Shown: positions 18,675-26,660 of the stretch, one piece after another
Numbering within the stretch: position 1 is the first letter of the stretch
Layout of the letters: the number at the start of each line of letters is the position of its first letter
Assembly: GCA_002421405.1 (NCBI GenBank)
Contig: DIJY01000105.1
Location: 1-33,714, forward strand
DNA: 33,714 nt
Direction of reading: 5' to 3'
DNA from: Bacillales bacterium UBA5632
GTDB taxonomy: Bacteria > Bacillota_I > Bacilli_A > Izemoplasmatales > Hujiaoplasmataceae
The notes under the pieces: model-generated
The model's database searches: none
What the model was told of the DNA's origin: nothing
The model's input: only the letters and a program-made list of their open reading frames with translations
Made by a program: the position numbers and the translations under genes

Positions 18675-18690
18675 CAAAGGAGGCATTAAA

Positions 18691-18816
18691 ATGGATTGGT
18701 ACTGGTGGGTCTTGATTGGTGTTGGGCTTGTGGCAATAGGTTATTTGAAATTAAAACTTTTCAATAAGATTGTAAAAAAACCAAAAGATAAGTCACAACA
18801 CGAAGAAGAAGACTAG
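18691..18816 (+). CDS. 41-aa single-pass membrane peptide (not in the ORF track)
   Basis: ATG 18691 is preceded by AAGGAGG (18677-18683) at ideal spacing. Translation: MDWYWWVLIGVGLVAIGYLKLKLFNKIVKKPKDKSQHEEED, ending at TAG 18814-18816. It has one hydrophobic helix and a charged tail, and the operon terminator follows. Confidence 0.55.
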   Translation: MDWYWWVLIGVGLVAIGYLKLKLFNKIVKKPKDKSQHEEED

Positions 18817-18827
18817 ACATAACAAAA

Positions 18828-18855
18828 GAAAGCAGTGGTTTCGCTGCTTTTTTTG
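18828..18855 (+). terminator. Rho-independent terminator of the TetR-ABC operon
   Basis: AAAGCAG (18829-18835) / CTGCTTT (18844-18850), followed by a T-run to about 18854. Confidence 0.75.
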
Positions 18856-18862
18856 ATTTTGG

Positions 18863-18891
18863 TTGACTACAACCATGAAAGAGACTACAAT
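18863..18891 (+). promoter_or_regulatory. Sigma-A promoter for the lipoprotein gene
   Basis: TTGACT (18863-18868), a 17-nt spacer, then TACAAT (18886-18891). Confidence 0.65.
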
Positions 18892-18925
18892 GAAATTAAG
18901 TAATAATACTTAAGGAGATATTAAA

Positions 18926-19348
18926 ATGAAAAGATTTTTATCGGTTGCAATGGTTTTATGTTTAGTTTTTATCTTATTCGGATGTGTTAATTTCGACAAC
19001 ATCAAATCTGATTTTGAAGAAGCAAATTATACTTATTCACAAGATGGTAGTTCATGGATTTCTGGTTTATTAACTGGATTTGAAGAAGAAGGAATAACCA
19101 TTAAAGTTCATGTCTTTACAAGAGGCCTTAATACTGCAATTGTTTTAGAATTTGACGCAGAAAAAGAAATGAGAAAACAACTTGAAGAGAATGAGACACT
19201 CATTAATTTAATTGCAGATTTAGATGATGCAAAGTTGGTGAGAGGAAACTTCTTATTAATTCCAATCTCATTGACGACAGAGGGTAAAGATGAAATGATT
19301 GAAATCTTCAATGGCAAATACGAATCAGATCTTAACTATAAAGAATAA
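18926..19348 (+). CDS. Hypothetical lipoprotein
   Basis: Signal peptide MKRFLSVAMVLCLVFILFGC with an LFGC lipobox. AAGGAG Shine-Dalgarno. The mature part is hydrophilic, with no recognisable family motif. Confidence 0.75.
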   Translation: MKRFLSVAMVLCLVFILFGCVNFDNIKSDFEEANYTYSQDGSSWISGLLTGFEEEGITIKVHVFTRGLNTAIVLEFDAEKEMRKQLEENETLINLIADLDDAKLVRGNFLLIPISLTTEGKDEMIEIFNGKYESDLNYKE

Positions 19349-19354
19349 AATAAT

Positions 19355-19389
19355 AAACGATGGCTTGATTTCAAGTCATCGTTTTTTTT
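19355..19389. terminator. Bidirectional terminator between the convergent lipoprotein gene and sodA
   Basis: A 14-bp stem AAACGATGGCTTGA / TCAAGTCATCGTTT (one G-U pair) is followed by T8 on the + strand. On the - strand it is preceded by A-rich sequence that gives TTTATTA. Confidence 0.75.
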
Positions 19390-19396
19390 AATTAGG

Positions 19397-20005
19397 TTAT
19401 TTCGCTTTTTTGTAAAGTTCGTTAACAACGTCCCAGTTTACAACATTAAAGAAAGCATTGATGTATTCTGGTCTCCGGTTTTGGTATTTTAAATAATAAG
19501 CATGTTCCCAAACATCGAGACCAAGAATGGGTTTTCCATATGCAAATACCGGATCTTGATTCGGCGTTGAAACAATTTCTAAACGGTTGTGTTTATTGAC
19601 AATTAGCCAAGCCCAACCAGATCCAAAGCGTGTCTTCGCTGCGTTCGCAAACAATTCTTTAAAAGTGTCAAATGATCCAAACGTTGTATCAATGTCATCT
19701 TTCAAAACACCTTTTGGCAGTGCTCCATGATTAATTTTCAATAATGTCCAGAACAATGAATGGTTGTAATGCCCACCACCATTGTTTTTAACTGCAGTTT
19801 GAATGTCTGAGGGAAGCGTCTCGAGATTGATTAACAAATCTTCTAAGCTTGTGTTGTACAATTCTGGATGCTTGTCTAGAGCACCATTAAGATTGTCAAC
19901 GTAGGCCTGATGATGTTTCGAGTGATGAATCGTCATCGTCATTTCATCGATAAATGGTTCAAGGGCATTATAGCCGTAATTAAGTGTCGGTAATGTATGT
20001 TTCAT
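19397..20005 (-). CDS. sodA: Superoxide dismutase (Fe/Mn family)
   Basis: Contains [26 protein letters not shown] and [10 protein letters not shown] strong AGGAGGA Shine-Dalgarno lies on the minus strand. Confidence 0.93.
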   Translation of the reverse strand: MKHTLPTLNYGYNALEPFIDEMTMTIHHSKHHQAYVDNLNGALDKHPELYNTSLEDLLINLETLPSDIQTAVKNNGGGHYNHSLFWTLLKINHGALPKGVLKDDIDTTFGSFDTFKELFANAAKTRFGSGWAWLIVNKHNRLEIVSTPNQDPVFAYGKPILGLDVWEHAYYLKYQNRRPEYINAFFNVVNWDVVNELYKKAK

Positions 20006-20043
20006 AATTTAAATCCTCCTAATATATTTGTGATTTATACCTT

Positions 20044-20072
20044 AATCTAACACGAATTTATCGGCAATGCAA
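20044..20072 (-). promoter_or_regulatory. Putative sodA promoter
   Basis: On the minus strand: TTGCAT (plus coordinates 20067-20072), a 17-nt spacer, then TAGATT (20044-20049). Confidence 0.5.
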
Positions 20073-20112
20073 ATCATATGCATTAAAAGTTAGGGTAATC
20101 TAACTATTATTT

Positions 20113-20141
20113 AAAAAAACACCCTTTTCAAAAGAAAAGGG
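20113..20141 (-). terminator. Rho-independent terminator after rnhC
   Basis: CCCTTTTC (20122-20129) / GAAAAGGG (20134-20141). On the minus strand the hairpin is followed by the T-run corresponding to the plus-strand A-run at 20113-20119. Confidence 0.75.
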
Positions 20142-20152
20142 CTGATAATGTC

Positions 20153-21076
20153 TTATTTATTAACGATTCTATCGAGATTTTTAAAATTCATTTTGGCTAC
20201 TTTTGGTAAAAAATCAATCCCTTTTTTGATGACGATGACTTTTCCGATCACATCGACACCAGGACCGGCTCCATAGGGTAAAACTAAACCTGCCATTTTG
20301 TTTAATTCTTCCATGCAAGTAATGAAAGTGTATCTCGCTATGATGCTCGCAGCAGCAACGCTTAAGTGAATACTTTCAGCTTTTTCCATGAAAGTAATAT
20401 TTTGATAGGTATCAATCGCATTTAAGTATTCAAAATACAATTTGGGGCTGCAAAACTGATCTAAAATGACATATTCAATGGGGTCTTTGACAAGTTTAAT
20501 ACATTTTTTGATTGCGTGATTATGTAAATAAGCTTTAATTTTATTCATATTGAAACCTTGTCTCGTCAGGTCATTAAACTTTGGGTTATCAGTAACAAGT
20601 ACAACATTTGGAATCATCGATTTCAATTTAGGAGCGATCGACACCATGTATTCATCTGTCATGAGTTTTGAATCTCTAATTTTCATTTGTTCTAAAGCGG
20701 GAATCATCGATTTTGGAACGAAAGTTGTCGCAACGACAACAGGACCAAAAAAGTCACCAGTTCCAACTTCATCAGAACCAATTGAAGATGAAAAATACAG
20801 TGTGGTATTTGAAATATCATTTTGAATTATATTAGTAGGCTTGCTTTCGCTTTCTGTTTTACATTCAAAGCCAATGATCTCAGACCACATGAGGTAGTCT
20901 TCATAGGCGTTTTTCCCTTGTAGCATTGCCTTCATCGTATTGTAAAGTGTTAAGGTCACATCCTCGTTTTTTAAAATCATCAGAATGCGCGAATCGACGG
21001 GAATTTCCGGTTGTACTCCATAGTGTTCTAAAAAGAGGTCAATATCACCTTTTTTAAAGGTAAATACATAGTTCAT
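20153..21076 (-). CDS. rnhC: Ribonuclease HIII
   Basis: An N-terminal TBP-like domain followed by an RNase HII/HIII catalytic core containing GSDEVGTGDFFGPVVVA. About 307 aa from ATG 21076. The upstream GTG at 21106 falls inside the predicted -10 region, so it is unlikely to be the start. Confidence 0.85.
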   Translation of the reverse strand: MNYVFTFKKGDIDLFLEHYGVQPEIPVDSRILMILKNEDVTLTLYNTMKAMLQGKNAYEDYLMWSEIIGFECKTESESKPTNIIQNDISNTTLYFSSSIGSDEVGTGDFFGPVVVATTFVPKSMIPALEQMKIRDSKLMTDEYMVSIAPKLKSMIPNVVLVTDNPKFNDLTRQGFNMNKIKAYLHNHAIKKCIKLVKDPIEYVILDQFCSPKLYFEYLNAIDTYQNITFMEKAESIHLSVAAASIIARYTFITCMEELNKMAGLVLPYGAGPGVDVIGKVIVIKKGIDFLPKVAKMNFKNLDRIVNK

Positions 21077-21092
21077 AATCTCACATCCCGGG

Positions 21093-21121
21093 TTACATTT
21101 TACCACACTCTATGATAGAAT
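21093..21121 (+). promoter_or_regulatory. Putative mutS2 promoter (extended -10), back-to-back with the rnhC promoter
   Basis: TTACAT (21093-21098), a 17-nt spacer, then TGaTAGAAT (21113-21121). On the minus strand, TGgTAAAAT (plus 21097-21105) would serve rnhC. Confidence 0.5.
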
Positions 21122-21146
21122 AGAAGATAAAGACGGGTGAAAAAAT

Positions 21147-23462
21147 ATGATGTTTAATCAAACCGTGCTTGAATTTCCAAAGATTTTAGCACAAATAAGA
21201 AATTTTGCCGCAACAGATTTAGGAAAAATCAGGGTCATGGCTTTAGAAGCTACAAACGATCAAGAGCAAATTAAAATTTGGCTGGAAGAAACATTTGAAG
21301 CGAAAATCATGATTCAACGTTACGATTCATCGCCGATGGGCGGTGTTTTAAACGTAGCCGAATGTATCAAACGCGCAAGTCTCGGTTCAACCTTATCGAT
21401 TGAAGATTTACTGAGAGTTGTTTCTTTAGTTGAAGCGGTTGCGAGTAATCAAAGATATATTCGTAAAATCCGTCAACTTGAAATACCGTCGTTAACACTA
21501 AACCATTATTATGATGATTTAGTTTCACTTTCGATCATCAAAACGGAAATCGATAAATGTATCGATGTAAAAGGACAGGTTTATGATGACGCTTCTGAAG
21601 AACTTTCATCGGTTCGAAAAAAATTGTCAGTCAGTCATAAACGTGTAACTGAAAAAATGGAAAGCCTTCTAAAAAGCGAAAGTCAAAAATTAACTGATAG
21701 CATCATTACCATTCGCAATAACCGATTGGTTTTACCGGTCAAAGCCGAATTCAAAAATAGTTTTAAAGGCATTATGCATGATCAATCAAGTTCGAGAGAA
21801 ACGGTCTTCATCGAACCAATGAGTTGTGTTGAAATCAACAATTTAATCCAAACACTGTATTTACAAGAAAACGAAGCGATTGAAAAGATTCTAGCAAGAT
21901 TATCCGGCATTGTTGGCGAAAATTCAGAGGCTTTAACGAGCAATTTTAATATATTAACAAACCTTGATGTCATTTTTGCAAAAGCAAAATACGCAATTTC
22001 AACCGATTCAACAAAACCGGATATCACCGATAAAAATATCCACCTCATAAAAGCACGGCATCCGCTAATCCCAAGAGAATCCGTTGTATCAAATACCATT
22101 CATTTTGGAAATTATCATTCGATTATTATTACCGGTCCGAATACGGGAGGAAAAACCGTTGCCTTAAAACTTCTTGGGCTTCTATCTATCATGGTACAAT
22201 CTGGACTTTTAATCCCAGTCGATGAAGGTTCAAAAACTAGGGTGTTCTCAAATGTATTTGCTGATATCGGCGATGAACAATCCATTGAACAGTCCTTATC
22301 TACTTTTTCTAGTCATATCACAAAGATTATTAAAATTCTTGAGTTGGTTGACTCACAATCCCTTGTTTTGCTTGACGAACTTGGTTCAGGAACTGACCCA
22401 AAAGAAGGTGCTTCACTAGCTATATCTATCATGGACTACCTTCGAATGAAAAAAGCATATACGATGGTAACAACCCATTACCCCGAAATGAAATTATATG
22501 CATTCAATCTAGATGACACCGTCAATGCATCGGTTGAATTTGATATCGATACCTTAAAACCGACTTACAAACTCCAAATTGGGACACCAGGCACCTCAAA
22601 CGCACTTGAAATAGCGACAAGATTAGGTTTAAGAAGCGATATTATTGAACATGCAAAAAAAGTCTCATTGTCTTTTGATAATGAGACAACGATTTTGATG
22701 AAGAAATTAGAAATTCAAAGCATTGAATTAAATCAAGAGATAGATGACTATAAATCTAAAAAGACTGCATTAGAATTGCGAAATCAAGAAATACAAAAAA
22801 CGCTTGATCAAACGAAAGCGGAACAAAATAAAGCCTATAAAGAACTCGAAAAATTCAAGGCTGAAATCATAGAGAAAACCAAAGAAGAAGCGATGGCTTT
22901 AATTCAAGAACTTGATCAGATGCGCAAACAAGAAAACTTCAAAGAACATGAGTTAGCCAAACTTAAACACGATGTTAAGAATCTTGGATCTGACCCGATT
23001 TTAATGAAAAAAATTAATCAAAAAAAGATTAGTGTTGGTGATATTGTGACTGTCATTCCTTATCAAAAACAAGGGATTGTCATGAAACTATCTGGAACGA
23101 ATAAATTTGAAGTACAAATGGGTATTTTATCTTCCGTGTTTTCAGAGGATCAATTAGAGTTTTCAGATCGTAAATCAGCTGATCAAAAAGTGAAAGTGTC
23201 TGTTACTCGTTCTAGTAATACAAAAATTGAATTGGATTTAAGAGGAATGAGATATGAAGAAGCCATGATAGCTTTAGAAAAACATATCGATGATTGTCTG
23301 ATTAACAATTTAGAATTTACTTATATTATCCACGGATACGGTACGGGCGCTTTAAGAAAAGGCGTTCAAGAACTGATTCGAAAGAATAAACAAATCAAAT
23401 CTTCTCGTGTTGGTGGCGAAGGTGAAGGCGGTTCGGGTGTTACGGTATTATATTTCAAATAA
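21147..23462 (+). CDS. mutS2: Endonuclease MutS2 (MutS-family ATPase with a C-terminal Smr domain)
   Basis: Walker A GPNTGGKT and Walker B LLDELGSGTDP, a coiled-coil middle region, and an Smr domain (LDLRGMRYEEA, IIHGYGTGALR). 771 aa. Confidence 0.9.
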   Translation: MMFNQTVLEFPKILAQIRNFAATDLGKIRVMALEATNDQEQIKIWLEETFEAKIMIQRYDSSPMGGVLNVAECIKRASLGSTLSIEDLLRVVSLVEAVASNQRYIRKIRQLEIPSLTLNHYYDDLVSLSIIKTEIDKCIDVKGQVYDDASEELSSVRKKLSVSHKRVTEKMESLLKSESQKLTDSIITIRNNRLVLPVKAEFKNSFKGIMHDQSSSRETVFIEPMSCVEINNLIQTLYLQENEAIEKILARLSGIVGENSEALTSNFNILTNLDVIFAKAKYAISTDSTKPDITDKNIHLIKARHPLIPRESVVSNTIHFGNYHSIIITGPNTGGKTVALKLLGLLSIMVQSGLLIPVDEGSKTRVFSNVFADIGDEQSIEQSLSTFSSHITKIIKILELVDSQSLVLLDELGSGTDPKEGASLAISIMDYLRMKKAYTMVTTHYPEMKLYAFNLDDTVNASVEFDIDTLKPTYKLQIGTPGTSNALEIATRLGLRSDIIEHAKKVSLSFDNETTILMKKLEIQSIELNQEIDDYKSKKTALELRNQEIQKTLDQTKAEQNKAYKELEKFKAEIIEKTKEEAMALIQELDQMRKQENFKEHELAKLKHDVKNLGSDPILMKKINQKKISVGDIVTVIPYQKQGIVMKLSGTNKFEVQMGILSSVFSEDQLEFSDRKSADQKVKVSVTRSSNTKIELDLRGMRYEEAMIALEKHIDDCLINNLEFTYIIHGYGTGALRKGVQELIRKNKQIKSSRVGGEGEGGSGVTVLYFK

Positions 23463-23476
23463 GAGGGATATTGAAT

Positions 23477-23806
23477 ATGTTAGAATTCAGTAAAGAAAAC
23501 CTTAATATTTGTCAAAATTTAATCGATACTCAGACCGTATTACTTGAATTCTATGCTAATTGGTGCGGAACATGTCGGAGTGTCTCAAGAATGTTACATC
23601 ATGTTGATAGCTTAAATGTTTTAAAAATTATTCGAATTGATATCGATCAACATAAAGATTTCATGAAAAAATATGAAATTCTCGGTGTTCCTGTTATCTT
23701 ACTACTTAATCAAGGAAAAGAAGTTATTCGATTGGGTGGATCAATCAATTTTGAAGAATTTAAGAATTGGATTCATCAAGTCGAAGAATTTAAAGAATTG
23801 TCGTGA
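23477..23806 (+). CDS. Thioredoxin-like protein with a WCGTC active site
   Basis: 109 aa. LLEFYANWCGTCRS matches the thioredoxin motif region, and ILGVPVILLL carries the cis-Pro position. AGAGGGA Shine-Dalgarno lies 8 nt before ATG 23477. Confidence 0.75.
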   Translation: MLEFSKENLNICQNLIDTQTVLLEFYANWCGTCRSVSRMLHHVDSLNVLKIIRIDIDQHKDFMKKYEILGVPVILLLNQGKEVIRLGGSINFEEFKNWIHQVEEFKELS

Positions 23807-23820
23807 GACGATTCTTTTTT
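23795..23820 (+). terminator. Weak terminator-like hairpin after the thioredoxin-like gene
   Basis: GAA[TTG]TCGT-GAG-ACGATTC, a bulged 7-bp stem followed by T6 (23815-23820). Confidence 0.4.
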
Positions 23821-23854
23821 GGATGGAAAAAAACTTTATTCCATGCTTATTGTA

Positions 23855-23863
23855 TGGTATAAT
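23855..23863 (+). promoter_or_regulatory. Extended -10 element upstream of truB
   Basis: TGgTATAAT at 23855-23863. Only a weak -35 (TTATTC/TTTATT) is present. Confidence 0.5.
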
Positions 23864-23887
23864 CTTTTTGTGATTTGAGGTGTGACG

Positions 23888-24760
23888 ATGGATGGAATCA
23901 TATTAGTCGATAAGCCTAAAGGTTGGACGAGCCATGATGTCGTTTCAAAATTAAGAAAACAACTAAATATCAAAAGAATCGGACATACCGGAACCTTAGA
24001 TCCGATGGCTACTGGGGTCTTGGTAGTCTGCCTCCGAAATGCAACAAAATTTGTTAAATATTTATCAGATCATGATAAAGAATATTTCGCTGAAGTAACC
24101 TTAGGAATTAGTACAAACACAGATGATATCACGGGTGAAATAACTGAAGAAACTCAAGTTACTCATCTTGATGTCGATGTTTTAGTAAACGCATTAAATT
24201 CATTTGTTGGAACAATCAAACAAGTTCCTCCTGTGGCATCCGCCATTAAAATAAATGGTAAAAGAGCTTATGAGTTTATTCATAAAAACCAAGAAGCTCC
24301 TATTATGACTCCAAGGGAAGTTACGATTCATGATATCAATTTAGTGAACGAACCTTCTTTCATTAACGAAAAATGTCGGTTTACTATCCATGTTGAATGC
24401 TCAAAAGGTACTTACATTCGTTCACTTGCGAGAGATATTGGGAATGCTTTAGATATTCCTGCCACTTTATCGAATTTAAGACGCACAAGAGTGGGTCAAT
24501 TTCTTGTTAAAGATGCCTTGCCGATTAACGATATAACAGTTGATCAACTTCAATTGATAAACCCAATTCATCATCTAGGATTTCAAGAAATCTCTATCGA
24601 CGATGAATATCTTTTTAAAGTTTCAAATGGTGCATTTTTGCCGCTTAATTTGTTCCCTACGACAAATGAAACAGTTGTTTGTAATCAACAAGGGACTGCA
24701 TTAGCGATATATACATATGATTCAACGAAAAATATTATGAGATTGTCGGTGTTATTATAA
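23888..24760 (+). CDS. truB: tRNA pseudouridine(55) synthase
   Basis: Contains ILVDKPKGWTSHDVV and GHTGTLDPMATGVL (catalytic Asp). GAGGTG lies 5 nt before ATG 23888. Confidence 0.9.
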   Translation: MDGIILVDKPKGWTSHDVVSKLRKQLNIKRIGHTGTLDPMATGVLVVCLRNATKFVKYLSDHDKEYFAEVTLGISTNTDDITGEITEETQVTHLDVDVLVNALNSFVGTIKQVPPVASAIKINGKRAYEFIHKNQEAPIMTPREVTIHDINLVNEPSFINEKCRFTIHVECSKGTYIRSLARDIGNALDIPATLSNLRRTRVGQFLVKDALPINDITVDQLQLINPIHHLGFQEISIDDEYLFKVSNGAFLPLNLFPTTNETVVCNQQGTALAIYTYDSTKNIMRLSVLL

Positions 24761-25671
24761 TGGAAATACTTACTCTAAACTATAACGACTCGATTGCATT
24801 AAGTGATTTAGTCGTATCACTTGGATTCTTTGATGGCGTTCATGTTGCCCATCAAACGTTATTGAATAAAACATTAGAAATCGCCGCTAAGTCAAAAAAG
24901 AAATCGGCGATGATGACTTTTTCAACCCATGTTTTATCTTATATTCAAAACCAAGAGTTCAATCATTTGACCAACCTCGATGAAAAAGCGAAGATTGCTT
25001 CAAAAATGGGATTTGATTATTTATTTGTTTTTGAAGTAACAGACAACTTAATCAAGCTTGAACCAGAAATTTTCATCTCACGTTTCTTGGCATGTGCAAG
25101 TATCGTGGTCGTCGGATTTGATTTTACTTTTGGAAAGCATGGAAAAGGGAATGCAGAATTATTGAAATCATCAACGCTCTTTGAAACCATCGTCTTAGAT
25201 GAAATGATGTATGCTTCAGAAAAGATTGGTTCAACGCGCATTAGAGAAGCCTTATTATCGGGAGAAATTGAATTAGCCAATGAATTATTAGGCTATCGTT
25301 ATACTATTTCAGGTGAAGTTATCAAAGGCAGAGGTCGAGGTAAATACCTTGGTTTCCCAACCGCTAATATTGATTACGATGGGTATTTGCTTCCAAAAGC
25401 AGGCGTTTACGTTACCACCACAATCATTGATGGCATCGAATATGAATCCATGTCTAATGTAGGTGATAATCCTACTTTCGCGAATAAATTTGTTACTTTT
25501 GAAGTCAATATCTTTAAGTGGTCACATTCACTCTATGGAAAAACCGTTTCAATTGCTTTTGAAAAATACTTAAGAGATGAAATTAAATATGATTCAACCA
25601 GTGAATTGGTTGCTAGAATGCATATTGATGAAAAAGAAACACTCGAATTCTTTAAGAAAAAGAGGTCTTAA
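24760..25671 (+). CDS. ribF: Bifunctional riboflavin kinase / FMN adenylyltransferase
   Basis: GFFDGVHVAHQ (adenylyltransferase) and GRGRGKYLGFPTAN (kinase). The start overlaps the truB stop (TAATG). This is the classic truB-ribF pairing. Confidence 0.9.
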   Translation: MEILTLNYNDSIALSDLVVSLGFFDGVHVAHQTLLNKTLEIAAKSKKKSAMMTFSTHVLSYIQNQEFNHLTNLDEKAKIASKMGFDYLFVFEVTDNLIKLEPEIFISRFLACASIVVVGFDFTFGKHGKGNAELLKSSTLFETIVLDEMMYASEKIGSTRIREALLSGEIELANELLGYRYTISGEVIKGRGRGKYLGFPTANIDYDGYLLPKAGVYVTTTIIDGIEYESMSNVGDNPTFANKFVTFEVNIFKWSHSLYGKTVSIAFEKYLRDEIKYDSTSELVARMHIDEKETLEFFKKKRS

Positions 25672-25672
25672 T

Positions 25673-26587
25673 ATGAAAAAGATTAGTAAAACCTTTTGGA
25701 TTACACTAGGAATTGCTGCACTGTTTTTTATTATCATGCTTTTATTGTCAAGCGTATTGGATTTAGGAGAAAGAATTCGTTCTGTCAGTCCCTATCTCGA
25801 ATACGGATTTTATGGTTTTTCTGCAGTATTATTTATCTTACTAATCATAAGACCGATTTTTATTGTCGTTTTCTCGCCAACATTTTCGATTGATACACTC
25901 TTTGATGAAGAAACGAATGCGAGAAAGAATTTTCACATGTACAAAAAAGTTGCAAATAATCTTTTAGAAGAAGATTACTTGAAAGAAGAACAAAAAGAAG
26001 CTATTAAGACAGCGTTACCTGATTCGTTGATGTTAAAGTCGGTATTAGGGAAGATTTTTGATGAAACCATTAAAAAAGAGTTAAACAAAATCATCGTCGG
26101 TCACGCTGAAACTGTCTTTCTTTCAACTGCCATTAGTCAGAACGGAAGACTTGATTTAGCCGCCGTGTTAATTATCAATTTGCGACTCATTAAAGAATTA
26201 GTTGTAAAATGCGGCTTTAGACCTAGTTATGCGGCTTTAGGAAAACTGTCATTGAATGTTATGAGTTCCGCTCTTATTGCTGAATCGCTTGAAGGTATCG
26301 ACCTCAATGAATTATTTCCAGCGAAAGGATTACAAGCACTCAACGAAATACCTTTCTTAAAGATTTTAACTGGTTCCCTTGCTCAGGGGGTTGGAAATGC
26401 ATTACTTTGCCTAAGGGTAGGAATCATTTGCCGAAACTTCTTATTTATGAATCTTAAAGGCCAAACAAAAAAAGAATTACGGAAATTTGCTTTCGCAGAA
26501 GCGATTGTATTATTACCTAGTGTTCTTGTTGAATCAGTCAAAAGAATGCCTTCTAGATTGAAATCTATTTTTGAAAAATTCGTTTAG
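25673..26587 (+). CDS. YcjF-like (UPF0283/DUF697) membrane protein
   Basis: 304 aa with two N-terminal TM segments. The C-terminal region NLRLIKELVVKCGFRPSYAALGKLSLNV ... LAQGVGNALLCLRVGIICRNF parallels E. coli YcjF (NLRLINRIAALYG ... [22 protein letters not shown]), compared from memory. AAGAGG Shine-Dalgarno. The start is 1 nt after the ribF stop. Confidence 0.65.
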   Translation: MKKISKTFWITLGIAALFFIIMLLLSSVLDLGERIRSVSPYLEYGFYGFSAVLFILLIIRPIFIVVFSPTFSIDTLFDEETNARKNFHMYKKVANNLLEEDYLKEEQKEAIKTALPDSLMLKSVLGKIFDETIKKELNKIIVGHAETVFLSTAISQNGRLDLAAVLIINLRLIKELVVKCGFRPSYAALGKLSLNVMSSALIAESLEGIDLNELFPAKGLQALNEIPFLKILTGSLAQGVGNALLCLRVGIICRNFLFMNLKGQTKKELRKFAFAEAIVLLPSVLVESVKRMPSRLKSIFEKFV

Positions 26588-26599
26588 AGTTCAAAAAGA

Positions 26600-26628
26600 T
26601 TGATTTAAGGCAAGTGATTTGTTATAAT
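26600..26628 (+). promoter_or_regulatory. Sigma-A promoter for tig
   Basis: TTGATT (26600-26605), a 17-nt spacer, then TATAAT (26623-26628), with TG at -15/-14. Confidence 0.7.
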
Positions 26629-26660
26629 AAAACAGCGATTAAATTCTATGGAGGATACAA

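Noticed and set aside
23822-23872. A 16-codon ORF (MEKNFIPCLLYGIIFL) in the trx-truB spacer.
   Set aside because: It has no Shine-Dalgarno, it overlaps the predicted truB promoter, and it is simply the tail of a shadow ORF.
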